From IMG/VR virus record IMGVR_UViG_3300043467_001216: a stretch of DNA of 64,000 nt. One strand, given 5' to 3'. This document shows positions 29,875-40,433 of the stretch, one piece after another. A model generated the notes under the pieces. It had not been told where the DNA came from. It searched no databases and worked only from the letters and a program-made list of their open reading frames with translations. Both the position numbers and the translations under genes were made by a program. The first letter of the stretch is position 1. Every line of letters starts with the position of its first letter. This stretch comes from a virus. Its lineage: Duplodnaviria; Heunggongvirae; Uroviricota; Caudoviricetes.

Positions 29875-30477
29875 TTATTTGTTTTTCAATTTACTAATTT
29901 TATCTCTATACTTGATAGCGTCTTCGTAATTTTGAGAATTAATCGCCTTGTTTAACAAAGTTGTTAAATCATTGATTTGTGAGTTGTTTTTTTCATAATC
30001 TCTGATTTCGTCTCTCAATCTGATAGCTTCTTCATAGTTTTGAGTATTAATCGCTTTGTTTAATGAAATTTTTAACTCAGTAACAGGAGAATTTGTTGTT
30101 GGTGTTGTTGTTTTTCTTTTTGGTGAGTATGTCGGCCACTCGTTAGTTGGGAAAAATGAAGACCACTCATTTTTAGTTAACCAATCTTTAGTTGGGAAAA
30201 GTGAATCCCAATTAGTTGGGTAATTGTAGTTAGATGGCCACTCGTTAGTTGGGTAATTAGAACTAACATAAACTGATTGTGTGTAATTTCCATCTTTAGT
30301 AGTATAAGTGTTTTTATACCATTTTGAACCATCTTCATTGTAACCTGTTTCAGTTTTAGTTTCACCTACAGGTTCACTAATTTTTTTTAGTTCATTATAA
30401 AAATTATCAAACAACGTAGTGTCGTTGAAAAAATTGTCTAAGCCACCATAAAATGGTTGATTTCTTTTTGAAAACAT
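29875..30477 (-). CDS. Protein with PTNEW repeats and two C-terminal UVR (UvrB/UvrC) motifs
   Basis: LNKAINTQNYEEAIRLRDEI and LNKAINSQNYEDAIKYRDKI. Confidence 0.8.
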   Translation of the reverse strand: MFSKRNQPFYGGLDNFFNDTTLFDNFYNELKKISEPVGETKTETGYNEDGSKWYKNTYTTKDGNYTQSVYVSSNYPTNEWPSNYNYPTNWDSLFPTKDWLTKNEWSSFFPTNEWPTYSPKRKTTTPTTNSPVTELKISLNKAINTQNYEEAIRLRDEIRDYEKNNSQINDLTTLLNKAINSQNYEDAIKYRDKISKLKNK

Positions 30478-30547
30478 AAATTTATTATTTTTGATTTATT
30501 TTATTAACAGAACTAATAATATACAACGTTTTCTTAAAAGTCAAATA

Positions 30548-31174
30548 TTATTTTCTAAAACGTTTAACAATTAAACCTAATAGTTCTTTTAAAGAAATAC
30601 CCCCAACATTAAGTGCAACAAACCCTGATAGTCTTTTAATAACCTCATAGATTTGATTTTCATTAAAATCCCCACTTGTAGATATTTGGTATATCAACGG
30701 TACTAAAGGTATTAAAAATGTGTAACCGATTATGTTTGAAGTTTTTTTTACACTAACACCTAAACTTTCAACAAAAGATAAGAAAGAATCTTTTAATAAT
30801 TCGGCTTTCTGAAGTCCGGCTTTATAAGTCTCATATAAACCTTTCTCTTTGATTTTTGAAATTAATAATCTTAATGGTTTTTTATTATCAATAATATACT
30901 GAAAGGCGATACCTGCCAATATTAAACTTCTTTCCATAGGAGAGACGGTTGGATATTCCCCCGATAAAAACTGTTCAACAGGACCCATTAGACCCCCAAT
31001 AGACATACTAAATGTTGCTAATATTGATAGGTCAAATTTAATTTGGTCCGAGGCCTCTTTAGTAATACGTTTCATTAAATTGTCATTTTCACCAATTGTT
31101 TTATCCATTTCTTCATTGGCCATTTCTCGTAAAATAACTCTCCTTTGTTGTTCAGTGATTATTATTGTTCTCAT
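30548..31174 (-). CDS. Membrane protein with IIITE leader (start re-assigned to MRTIIITE)
   Basis: TATTTATTAGTATG on the minus strand. Confidence 0.75.
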   Translation of the reverse strand: MRTIIITEQQRRVILREMANEEMDKTIGENDNLMKRITKEASDQIKFDLSILATFSMSIGGLMGPVEQFLSGEYPTVSPMERSLILAGIAFQYIIDNKKPLRLLISKIKEKGLYETYKAGLQKAELLKDSFLSFVESLGVSVKKTSNIIGYTFLIPLVPLIYQISTSGDFNENQIYEVIKRLSGFVALNVGGISLKELLGLIVKRFRK

Positions 31175-31221
31175 ACTAATAAATACTTTATTATATATAT
31201 TTATTATTAAAACAAAAAAAA

Positions 31222-32067
31222 ATGAGTCATTCAAGATTATTAGATAGACATTTAAATAACAATATTTGTCCCGATTTAAAAAAAGGGGATAGAATCGTAT
31301 TAATCAGAATGTCTGACCCAATTAGTCCTATACCACCAAAATCGAGAGGGACAGTATTAAAAGATGGGGTTAACTTTGTTGATGAAACAATTTATTCAAT
31401 TAGATGGGATAAATCAGGGTCATTAAACATTATTTCAAACATTGACACTCTTAAAGATTTAGATAATATGATTAATAATTCAAATAATGAATCTCAAATT
31501 GAGAACCATATGAAAACTATTAAAAATATTGAAAGTGACCACGATGTTTGGATGTTTGAAGAGGATTTTGATAATTTAAAAAACAAAGTTAAATCAATAA
31601 CTGAGGGAGCCAAAGATGTTGTTAACATACTAAAAAAGAGTAAAGATAAGTTTAAGAATTACGAGGTTTCTAAATTGATAAAGTATTTAACCGCAGTTAG
31701 AGATGCTAGTTTTACCAATATGTTACAAGCTTCGTATTTTTTAATTTGTGGTGAGGAAAGAGCCGAACACGAAACAAGATACACTAATAAGACCAATAAA
31801 AAAGCATATCAATATGTTTTGGATAATGCGGGCGAAGTTAGAGATATTATGATACGTGGGGCTATGAAGAGTCTTGAAGAGACTAATAAAGAAATCACAC
31901 CTGAATCTGTTGAGAGACTTATGAGGAGGGATGCACAACAGTTCTTGTTATTATATATGACATTACCTATTAAACAACAAGATTACCCGGAATACGATGA
32001 TATTGAGGATGATGAAGATTACTACGAAGATGGGTATGAAGATGATGAGGACGAAGATGATTATTAA
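31222..32067 (+). CDS. Hypothetical protein with acidic tail
   Basis: GDRIVLIRMSDP...GTV N-domain; D/E-rich C-terminus. Confidence 0.75.
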   Translation: MSHSRLLDRHLNNNICPDLKKGDRIVLIRMSDPISPIPPKSRGTVLKDGVNFVDETIYSIRWDKSGSLNIISNIDTLKDLDNMINNSNNESQIENHMKTIKNIESDHDVWMFEEDFDNLKNKVKSITEGAKDVVNILKKSKDKFKNYEVSKLIKYLTAVRDASFTNMLQASYFLICGEERAEHETRYTNKTNKKAYQYVLDNAGEVRDIMIRGAMKSLEETNKEITPESVERLMRRDAQQFLLLYMTLPIKQQDYPEYDDIEDDEDYYEDGYEDDEDEDDY

Positions 32068-32100
32068 TCAATAAACGATATTTATAAGAAAACAAAAATT

Positions 32101-32664
32101 ATGAACCAATATTTTTTTAAAGTAACAAACGAAGAACGTGAAAATATTTTAGATAAACATAAAACAATCTACGATGGTTATGTTACTGAATACGGACAAG
32201 GTAATACATACCCAATTACAGTTCAAGACCTGGCAAATGATAAACAAGGTATAACCGTTAACAGTAGAGGTGAAGTTAGTGGGTATAAAAACTTTGGAAT
32301 TAATGAGTCAATCAATGAAATGAGACATGATGGTAAATCAACAGGTTTATTTCAAGAAGAAGAAAACAACTATATGAGTGTGGGAGCACCTTTGGATATG
32401 ATTGCCGATAGACAAGATGATGTTAAACACGGAACTGTAGATTTTGAAGATGATATCGAATTTTTTGATTTAGGTGATGTGTTACCGTTTGAGGATGAAG
32501 ATTATGAGGGTAGTTTTGATATTTATTTTCCTGAAGATGAAAATGACGATGAAGAAGTTGTATTACATTTAGATAGTGATTTTGATGAAGATTTAATTGA
32601 ACCTTTACAGGAACAATTAGATAAAACTCGTGAAATGTTCTTACGTTTTAATAAATATAATTAA
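32101..32664 (+). CDS. Acidic hypothetical protein
   Basis: TATTTAT upstream. Confidence 0.75.
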   Translation: MNQYFFKVTNEERENILDKHKTIYDGYVTEYGQGNTYPITVQDLANDKQGITVNSRGEVSGYKNFGINESINEMRHDGKSTGLFQEEENNYMSVGAPLDMIADRQDDVKHGTVDFEDDIEFFDLGDVLPFEDEDYEGSFDIYFPEDENDDEEVVLHLDSDFDEDLIEPLQEQLDKTREMFLRFNKYN

Positions 32665-32717
32665 TTGTTTTCTTAACTTTTAATTGATATTGTTATATAT
32701 ATGTTATAAAATAACTT

Positions 32718-33032
32718 ATGGAAATTAAAGAACTCGTAGGATATTATGTAAATGACACAAGTCAAACATTAGATGTGACGTTTAGACTTATTACAGATAA
32801 TGAAGATATCATAAGAACAGACCAAATTGATTTAGATGAAGCAGAATCGTTTGGTTTAGGTTTAGAAAACAATAATACAGACCCATTTGATTCTGATGAC
32901 GATGATTATTTTGCGGAAATGATTAGAAGTTATGAAAGTGATTTAGAAGTCGATGAGGATGAGGTTATCAGTTTTTTAAATGAATATTATATGGTAAACC
33001 CTAAAAGACTACCAAAACCTGAATTATTTTAA
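32718..33032 (+). CDS. Acidic hypothetical protein
   Basis: 104 aa ORF. Confidence 0.75.
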   Translation: MEIKELVGYYVNDTSQTLDVTFRLITDNEDIIRTDQIDLDEAESFGLGLENNNTDPFDSDDDDYFAEMIRSYESDLEVDEDEVISFLNEYYMVNPKRLPKPELF

Positions 33033-33066
33033 ATTAAAAACCCCCAATTAAGGGGGTTTATTTTTT

Positions 33067-33408
33067 TTACCATTTTCGTTTGTCAATTAGATGACCTTCA
33101 TCATCCCATTGTTTACCCTTTCTTTTTTCACCGTTGATATAAAGGACTTCAAAGACTTTTCTACCATTGTCATTATAACAATACCAATAACCATTTTTAA
33201 CTCCATGTGAATAAGAACCTTCACCAACGACTTTTCCTGATTCATTGTATTGAGTCCATATCGAATCCTTTTTACCGTTTTGGTCTAAATAACCAACTTG
33301 TTCAATTGTGTTATTATCATATTTTAACACAACCATTGTTATTTCTTCTTGTGCCAATAAAACATAACTGATTAGAAGAAACATTACTGAGATAATATAT
33401 TTTTTCAT
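33067..33408 (-). CDS. Secreted MORN-variant repeat protein
   Basis: Signal peptide; GKKDSIWTQYNESG / GVKNGYWYCYNDNG repeats. Confidence 0.8.
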   Translation of the reverse strand: MKKYIISVMFLLISYVLLAQEEITMVVLKYDNNTIEQVGYLDQNGKKDSIWTQYNESGKVVGEGSYSHGVKNGYWYCYNDNGRKVFEVLYINGEKRKGKQWDDEGHLIDKRKW

Positions 33409-33495
33409 AATGCTACTTTATTATTAAATATATTAATAAAACGTTAACAAATCAAATTTAACCTTATTTGAGTAAAATTTAATATACGTATTGAT

Positions 33496-33732
33496 ATGAA
33501 AACAGTATTATTTGCGTTGATGATTAAAATTTGGTTTTTAGATGTTCAAACCAAAGAAACTTTACCAGCCGTTAAAGTAACCACAGATAAAAAAGTTTAC
33601 TACTCAAATTTTGATGGTTATGTTACCATTCCAAATGATGAGAAAGTGTTGAAGGTAACTTATAACACCTATAAGACGGTAGAGAATGTTAATGTTGGTA
33701 ACGACACAACAATTATGTTGGTTCAACACTAA
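33496..33732 (+). CDS. Small carboxypeptidase-regulatory-like domain protein
   Basis: D.QTKETLPAV.V...YSNFDG. Confidence 0.6.
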   Translation: MKTVLFALMIKIWFLDVQTKETLPAVKVTTDKKVYYSNFDGYVTIPNDEKVLKVTYNTYKTVENVNVGNDTTIMLVQH

Positions 33733-33737
33733 TAAAT

Positions 33738-34247
33738 TCACGGACCTATTCTTGTTAAATAAATGGTTGCGGATTGAGCGGGACCTGAACCACCGTAGAC
33801 ACCCCAATTATTAGTAGTTCTTAATACTAAACTTTCAACACCATCGTCAATAATTTTAAAGATACGTCTTCCACCATTATCCATAGTAATATCTATATAA
33901 CCTAAATCGTAGTTAGTGTAGTGATTAATCACCGAATAAACGTATCTATCACCCCATATCACAGTTCCACTTGGTAATATATTAGGATTAAAAGAAATGA
34001 CACTATAATCTAAATGCCATCTAGTAAATCCAATTGCAATACTATCCATTGGGAATGATTCATTTGGGTTTATAAAAATATCCCCACTATAATAAACCTG
34101 TTCGTTAGGGTTTGAATTTTCAATGTTAGAATAGGTTATCTTATCTATAATATACTCACCACTTAATGATAATGTCTTTGGTTGTGAGTATTGTTTATAA
34201 CAAGATGTTAAAATAAGTAATAATGGAATTATTAATAGATGTCTCAT
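33738..34247 (-). CDS. Lipoprotein
   Basis: Lipobox LTSC. Confidence 0.75.
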   Translation of the reverse strand: MRHLLIIPLLLILTSCYKQYSQPKTLSLSGEYIIDKITYSNIENSNPNEQVYYSGDIFINPNESFPMDSIAIGFTRWHLDYSVISFNPNILPSGTVIWGDRYVYSVINHYTNYDLGYIDITMDNGGRRIFKIIDDGVESLVLRTTNNWGVYGGSGPAQSATIYLTRIGP

Positions 34248-34309
34248 AATTTTATTGTTTACACAAAAATATGAAAATTTTCGAATATTTATAAATAAAG
34301 TCTTCGGAT

Positions 34310-34570
34310 ATGAATAAAATTGATAAAATCATAGATATATTAAATTCCCATACATTTTTTAATGACGAATCTGATTATGATGAATTAGGGGAACAGGAGG
34401 AAGCTGCGGCCGCCCCCTCTAGTTCAAGTGGTGGTGGAGGTAAACCACCGTACCCAACAGTTACTAAATGGGAGTCAGGTGTGACAAGAGGACCTGCAAA
34501 TCAAATAGGGTTAACTAAATGGGCCGACATTGTTAAAATAAATAGAGGTAAAGCCAACACTTTATTATAA
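34310..34570 (+). CDS. Hypothetical late protein
   Basis: TATTTAT upstream; WESGVTRGPAN / INRGKAN repeat. Confidence 0.75.
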   Translation: MNKIDKIIDILNSHTFFNDESDYDELGEQEEAAAAPSSSSGGGGKPPYPTVTKWESGVTRGPANQIGLTKWADIVKINRGKANTLL

Positions 34571-34609
34571 TTTTTTTGTTTTTACTAATATTTATTTATA
34601 AAAATTCAG

Positions 34610-35824
34610 ATGGGTAAATTATTAATTACAGAATCGGAAAAGAAAAATATTTTATCATTATATAATAACCAAATTATAGATGAAAGTATCGTGTTTACCG
34701 ATTGGTTATCACCTGACGAAAAATACGCAATCTTTCTTGACGAACTTTACGATATTGAAACTAAAACTAAATTAGGTAATATTTGGGAAAACTTTGATAA
34801 TTTTAAATTATTCCTTAAACATTCATTTGACGTATCTAACTTACCAAAACAAATTAAAGAAGATTTTAACCTGTCTTTTGATAAAGTATTAATTACCGAG
34901 AACATTCAAAACATTATTGAATTAAAAAATGATTTTAAACAATTAATGACTGAAGGGTTATGGAGTAGTTTTAAAAATTGGGCGGTAGAAACAGGTAAAT
35001 CAAGTTGGGAAGGGTTTAAAGAATTTGGGAAAAGTGTTTATAAAGGAACTGGTGATTTTTTTGATAAAATCTCTAAAGGTCAATGGAAAGAAGCGTTTTC
35101 AATTATAGGTAAGGGTGTTCTTTATTTAGCCAGAAAATTGAGAAGTGCAATGTATAACCCAATAGGTATGATTTTAGACGCTATATTAATAGCATCTCAA
35201 ATTGGTATTGGTGTTCAAAAAGTGGTTTGGGGTATTATTGTAGCATTAGATGTTTATGAAATAATTACAGGTAATTACGAAGAACAATTACCAATATGGC
35301 AAAGACTTTTATTTTTAGGTGTCGATATCTTAGGACTAGTATTTGCAGGTGCCGCAGCAAAATCAGCTAAAGCACCACTTAAAACCGCCCTTCAAGGTTT
35401 AGAAACCACCGAACAAGTTGCGGTTGCCGTAACTAAAAATTCTTGGTTAAAGAATCTTTTATTAAAAATTAAAAGTGGTTTAGATAGTGTTCCAGGTTTG
35501 TTGAAACAAGCCTCAGAATATTTATCAAAAAAGTTTAAACCGGCAGCCAAATTTATTGACGGAATCCTTAATGGTCTTGGTAATGTTATTAAACAAATGA
35601 CTGATTTTTTAGCGAAAGTGTTTGGTTCAACTTCTAAACTCGCTAAAGGAACTAGAGCTGGTGTTGGTACTGCCGCATTAGTTGGTGGAATTGGTACTTA
35701 TGATGAATATAATAAAGAAAAAGTTACTAACACAAAAATTCAACTCGCTGATAAAATTGTTAGTAATCCTAATCTAGCTAATAGTATAAATAACAATTTA
35801 TTACAACAATTAAATAACGTATAA
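34610..35824 (+). CDS. Putative internal virion protein with hydrophobic helices
   Basis: LLITESE leader, amphipathic and TM segments. Confidence 0.7.
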   Translation: MGKLLITESEKKNILSLYNNQIIDESIVFTDWLSPDEKYAIFLDELYDIETKTKLGNIWENFDNFKLFLKHSFDVSNLPKQIKEDFNLSFDKVLITENIQNIIELKNDFKQLMTEGLWSSFKNWAVETGKSSWEGFKEFGKSVYKGTGDFFDKISKGQWKEAFSIIGKGVLYLARKLRSAMYNPIGMILDAILIASQIGIGVQKVVWGIIVALDVYEIITGNYEEQLPIWQRLLFLGVDILGLVFAGAAAKSAKAPLKTALQGLETTEQVAVAVTKNSWLKNLLLKIKSGLDSVPGLLKQASEYLSKKFKPAAKFIDGILNGLGNVIKQMTDFLAKVFGSTSKLAKGTRAGVGTAALVGGIGTYDEYNKEKVTNTKIQLADKIVSNPNLANSINNNLLQQLNNV

Positions 35825-35825
35825 T

Positions 35826-37016
35826 ATGAAAAATAATGAATTTATAACCAACTTTAAACTTTTAAGTGGTTATCAACCAAATAAAACTTTAACTGAAAAT
35901 ATTGAATCAATATTAGTTGTTGAAGGTATGGCGGAAACTGCAATGTCAGTTGCCCAAACTTTTAAAGACATTTTATCAAGTGAGAAAGGTTTATTTTCAC
36001 AATTTAAAAATGATATACCTGCATTTAGTAGATTTAAGAATGCTGATGAATTACTAAAAGCTCTTGAGACAGTAGGTAAAGATGGTTCAGTATTAAAAAA
36101 TACTGATATGATTAATATCGCAGCAAAGTTAAAAACAATTTCACCTGAAATTGCTTCGAAATTAAAAGGTATGATTGGTAAGTCAGATGCTATTTTAGAT
36201 ATTGCTAAAAAAGTATATCCAAATGGTGCGGTTATGGGTGCCGAAGCTAAATCATTAGAAATCGCCCAAAGATATTATAAAAAATTTGGAATTGAAGCTA
36301 AAGAAGTTGAACAAATGTTAAAGGATTCACTTCAAAAAAGTCGTGATATTAAAATAAACCCAAAAATAAATATTAAAGCAACTGAAGAAATTGTTGCAGC
36401 ATCAGGAAAGTCGGAAAAAGAAATTAAACAATTAATTAAACAAGATTCTTTCTTCGCTAAAAAGAAAAAATACTTCACTGATTTATACAGTAGATTAAAA
36501 AGTGGTGGTATCTCAAAAGAAACACTTCAACGATGGAAACAAAAAGGGTTTTTAAATAGTGCGGGAAAAATTTCTTGGAAAAAAGTTGCACTTTGGGCGG
36601 TAGCTATTGGTGTTGGATATAACGTTTTAAAAGATTTGTTAAATAAAAATGGAGTACCAATTGATAATACTGACACAGGTGGTGGAACAGGAGGTTCTGG
36701 AGGTGGAACAGGAGGTTCTGGAGGTGGAACAGGAGGTTCTGCTTTTAAAGAATGTACTGATTTCCCATATAAAAAAGGATGTAGTAGTTCTGTAGTCTCT
36801 GAAGTTCAAAAATGTTTAGGTTTAAGTGCTGATGGTAAATTCGGTTCAAAAACAGAACAAGCATTAACTGCTGGTGGATACGGTACTGAAATAACTAAAG
36901 AAGTTTACGATAAAATAAAAGAAAAATGTGGTACAGGTGGTACAACCACGACAACAACAGTACCAGCTCCTGAATTCCAACAATTGGACGTTAGAGCGAA
37001 TGAAATAACTTGGTAA
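35826..37016 (+). CDS. Putative internal virion protein; TM, Gly linker, PG-binding-like motif
   Basis: VQKCLGLSADGKFGSKT after the GGTGGSG linker. Confidence 0.7.
   Translation: MKNNEFITNFKLLSGYQPNKTLTENIESILVVEGMAETAMSVAQTFKDILSSEKGLFSQFKNDIPAFSRFKNADELLKALETVGKDGSVLKNTDMINIAAKLKTISPEIASKLKGMIGKSDAILDIAKKVYPNGAVMGAEAKSLEIAQRYYKKFGIEAKEVEQMLKDSLQKSRDIKINPKINIKATEEIVAASGKSEKEIKQLIKQDSFFAKKKKYFTDLYSRLKSGGISKETLQRWKQKGFLNSAGKISWKKVALWAVAIGVGYNVLKDLLNKNGVPIDNTDTGGGTGGSGGGTGGSGGGTGGSAFKECTDFPYKKGCSSSVVSEVQKCLGLSADGKFGSKTEQALTAGGYGTEITKEVYDKIKEKCGTGGTTTTTTVPAPEFQQLDVRANEITW
36681..36741 (+). repeat. 21-bp tandem repeat x3 (Gly-rich linker)
   Basis: GGTGGAACAGGAGGTTCTGGA. Confidence 0.9.
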
Positions 37017-37027
37017 TAAAAAAAAAT

Positions 37028-38713
37028 ATGAGAAAAATAATTTTAAAAGAAACCACAGACGTAGGTGGTACTCCAGTAACAGCTTCAGGTGATTTGAAAT
37101 CATTTTTAAGTTTATGTCCTGAAGATGCACAAGGATTATCCTTTGTATCTATGAATGGACAAGAAGTCTTAAAAAAAGAATTTCCTGGTCAAGGTTATAT
37201 GATAATCAAACCTGATTTTACTTTTGTTAAATATAACTTACCTGATAACACCGAGAAAAAAGAAAACGGTAGAGGTAGATTAGCAAAATGTCAAGCATTT
37301 ACTGAGAAAGTAACCGCACCTATGGGTCCCGATATGGCAGCTGCGGTTAATGGTTTAATTGCTAAAGACAAAACTTTAATGAGAATTGAAGATAAGGGTG
37401 TTAGAGAAGGTATTGTAACCGGTACATTTGTACCTGTTGATTTGAATACTTTGAATGCCGAAAGTAAAAAAATATTTACTGTACCAAACAAATACTTTTT
37501 ATATAGACAAAAAGGTATTGGAGGTGTTGTAGCAAATGTTAGTCCTCAAATCGCAAATTGGTTATCGGATAATAATTTTACATTAGACGAACCAACAGGT
37601 GAAAAAAAGGATGATATTGAAAGATGGAAAACTCAACAACCTTTAGTTGTTGCATTACAAAATGTACCGGGTAGTGCCGCATTTATTCCAAAAATTGAAG
37701 GTGAGTTAGGTAAAAAGAGAAGTGAGATTAATGTATATAACATCAAACTTCAAAATTTAGGAGGTATAAAACCTTTGGATAAGTTTAATAAACTTGCGGG
37801 TGAATTAGATTCTCAAAAAATTGAAAGACAAACGTGTAGAAGTGTTGTTAAGTCTTTGTCCGAAATGTCACAGTTATTTAGAAAAAATCCTGTTTTAGTA
37901 CAAAACATTAATTCAACATTATTAAATAAAATGACAGATTATGCAATGAATTGTGATTTGAAAAAGTTTTTAACAGGGGCTTTAGGTGTTGGAGATGAGA
38001 TTGCTAGATTGAAACGTGATTCTTCACCGTTTGGTTTATTAAATAAAGTTAATACGGCTCAAAATCAAGGAAATATGAACGAATCAGTTGATGATTATTT
38101 AAAATCCGTGTTACGAAAAAAATTATTTGTCTTATCTGAGAGTAAAAAAAAAAGCGTAATAACAACTAAAGAATTTAAAAATTATATAAGAACAATTGAT
38201 GAGGCGTTTGAATCATTAAATTCAGGTAAAAAAAGAATTAATGAAGATGGTCTTAAAGATATGTTATCAGGAGCGTTAGGTTATGGGGGTGAAGGTATTA
38301 TAAGTTATTTTAAAGAAAAATTAGTTAAAAGTATTATTGACAAATTTGTCCCTGGTGGTTCAAAAACTTGGTTAGGTGGTGTTGTATCAACAACAATAGG
38401 TAACATTAAAATAGGGGATTTTTTAAATGGTAACGTTTTAAAATGTGAATTTTTAGTTCCTGAATTAGCAAAAGGTATTGGTGAAAATGCTATCAACCAA
38501 TTTGCAGATAAAAAAGGATTAACAGGTGGGTTTTACGACGTATTGAGAAATTCAGTGATTGAAGTTGTTGATGACGTTCCATTTGTTGATAGTATTCAAA
38601 ATGGGTTATCAACTGTTTTATGTCCGACATTAGGTAAACTTAAAGGTGCTTTAGGAGGACTTTTTGGTAGTTTAGGTTCTGAACTTAAACAAGAAATAAT
38701 ACCAAGTAAATAA
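37028..38713 (+). CDS. Putative internal virion protein (start MRKIILKE)
   Basis: Long ORF with internal MNE/LSE/INE motifs. Confidence 0.75.
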   Translation: MRKIILKETTDVGGTPVTASGDLKSFLSLCPEDAQGLSFVSMNGQEVLKKEFPGQGYMIIKPDFTFVKYNLPDNTEKKENGRGRLAKCQAFTEKVTAPMGPDMAAAVNGLIAKDKTLMRIEDKGVREGIVTGTFVPVDLNTLNAESKKIFTVPNKYFLYRQKGIGGVVANVSPQIANWLSDNNFTLDEPTGEKKDDIERWKTQQPLVVALQNVPGSAAFIPKIEGELGKKRSEINVYNIKLQNLGGIKPLDKFNKLAGELDSQKIERQTCRSVVKSLSEMSQLFRKNPVLVQNINSTLLNKMTDYAMNCDLKKFLTGALGVGDEIARLKRDSSPFGLLNKVNTAQNQGNMNESVDDYLKSVLRKKLFVLSESKKKSVITTKEFKNYIRTIDEAFESLNSGKKRINEDGLKDMLSGALGYGGEGIISYFKEKLVKSIIDKFVPGGSKTWLGGVVSTTIGNIKIGDFLNGNVLKCEFLVPELAKGIGENAINQFADKKGLTGGFYDVLRNSVIEVVDDVPFVDSIQNGLSTVLCPTLGKLKGALGGLFGSLGSELKQEIIPSK

Positions 38714-38773
38714 AAATCTTTTAGATTTGTCTAAAAGGCTTAACACTTCAAAAGAAAGGAGAGCAAATCTAAC

Positions 38774-38802
38774 AAAAGGGTGTCGTGAGACACCTTTTTG
38801 TT
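38774..38802. terminator. Bidirectional terminator
   Basis: AAAAGGGTGTC-GTGA-GACACCTTTT. Confidence 0.85.
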
Positions 38803-39294
38803 TTAATAGAAAGTTTTTTGAAATTCAACCCAAATTTCTTCAATATTAGGATTAATTACATTAGAAAATATTGATGGTTCAAATGGTTTAATTAATAATT
38901 TCATACCCGCTTCATCAGGTGTTTTATTATCCTTAACTCGATTACAACTTTTACAACAAGTAACTAAATTACTCCAAGTATTTCCCCCACCTCTTGATTT
39001 AGGTAATACGTGGTCAATGGTTAAGTTTTTAGAACTACCACAATACGCACATTTATGATTATCACGTCTAAAGACCCTGTGTCTATTTATTTTTAAAGTC
39101 CGTACTCTAAATCTAACATAAGATAATAATCTAATTATCAAAGGTCTAACAAGAGTAGTTGACCCGGCAATAATAGGTGATTCACCTGATTTCAATATTT
39201 CGGCTTTACCTTTAGTAACTAAATTAAAACCTCGTATTGTTGTAGTTACATTAATCGGTGTGTAATCAGCATTTAATACTAATACTTTGTCCAT
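38803..39294 (-). CDS. HNH endonuclease (McrA-like)
   Basis: [16 protein letters not shown]...[22 protein letters not shown]. Confidence 0.92.
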   Translation of the reverse strand: MDKVLVLNADYTPINVTTTIRGFNLVTKGKAEILKSGESPIIAGSTTLVRPLIIRLLSYVRFRVRTLKINRHRVFRRDNHKCAYCGSSKNLTIDHVLPKSRGGGNTWSNLVTCCKSCNRVKDNKTPDEAGMKLLIKPFEPSIFSNVINPNIEEIWVEFQKTFY

Positions 39295-39402
39295 TCTAAA
39301 TAATTTTACAACTAATATAGACAAAAAAAAATAAAACTCAAATTTTGTTTTTATGTGGATTTATATTTATGTTTGTCCTATAACTTTTTAAAACAAAAAA
39401 AT

Positions 39403-39579
39403 ATGTACGTAATAATTAAGAATGTAAAGAACAAAAAAGGAATCTCAATTCCTGTTATTATTTTGAATTCAGACCACGAAGTTTGGGAATTTGATACTTA
39501 CGAAGCAGCCGAAAAAATGAAAGATATTTTCGAAACTAACTCAGATTCAGGTCATACATATTTAGTTAAAAAAATCTAA
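39403..39579 (+). CDS. Hypothetical protein
   Basis: ATG after TATGTTTG promoter. Confidence 0.7.
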   Translation: MYVIIKNVKNKKGISIPVIILNSDHEVWEFDTYEAAEKMKDIFETNSDSGHTYLVKKI

Positions 39580-39580
39580 G

Positions 39581-39778
39581 ATGGGAAGTTTTCACGAAAT
39601 GTTAGAAGAAGAACACAGAAAATTCTGTAATTCATTAGATGGTCAATCATATATGAATATGATGAGTGAAATTAATGATTCGGAAGAATATGTTTCAGTT
39701 CCTAAAAAATTTATTGAGGACCTAAAAGATTTTGATTATTGGAAAGAATGGAAAAATAGTGATAACAATTTGGTGTGA
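39581..39778 (+). CDS. Hypothetical protein
   Basis: 65 aa ORF. Confidence 0.65.
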   Translation: MGSFHEMLEEEHRKFCNSLDGQSYMNMMSEINDSEEYVSVPKKFIEDLKDFDYWKEWKNSDNNLV

Positions 39779-39822
39779 TTGAATTATAATTAGTATCTTC
39801 GTTAAAATTAAAAAAAAGAGAT

Positions 39823-40371
39823 ATGAAAAAATTATTAATGTTTGGTTTGATTGGTTTATCGTTATTTAGTTGTGAAAATAATTCATCTAATTTAGATGTG
39901 TTTGATATGAAATGTATGAGTGATGGGGACACAATTGTAATACAAGGTTTGGGTGATTTCAATCAATTAGAGGTGTTAAGAATTAAAGACATTCTTGAAA
40001 GAAGATGTCACATCCCAACTAAAATTGGTGAACCACTCGAATTAACACCTGACAAATGTTATGAAGGTAAACTTAATATTGAAAAGTCTTTAATGGATTT
40101 TGACGATAACACAAATAAAATTTTGGTAACCAACACCAAGTGTTATTCAACGGTAGAAAAAAGACCTGTTGGTGGTGTTGGTGAATTGGGTGGTAATCTT
40201 ATTATAATTGGTAAAAACCCAGCTAACACAACTGAACGAGTATTAATACACGAAATGGGTCACTGTTATGGTCTTGACCACTGTGAAAACCCAACGTGTG
40301 TTATGTCACAAACTCGTGAAAATGATAACTTAAAATTAAATTTTTGTGACGATTGTCAAAAAAAGTTTTAA
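39823..40371 (+). CDS. Archaemetzincin-like Zn metalloprotease lipoprotein
   Basis: LFSC lipobox; HEMGHCYGLDHC..CVM...FC..C. Confidence 0.85.
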   Translation: MKKLLMFGLIGLSLFSCENNSSNLDVFDMKCMSDGDTIVIQGLGDFNQLEVLRIKDILERRCHIPTKIGEPLELTPDKCYEGKLNIEKSLMDFDDNTNKILVTNTKCYSTVEKRPVGGVGELGGNLIIIGKNPANTTERVLIHEMGHCYGLDHCENPTCVMSQTRENDNLKLNFCDDCQKKF

Positions 40372-40433
40372 AAAAACTTGACTACTAAAGAACTTTTACT
40401 AAATTTGTTGATATATATTAAAAGAATTAAAAA

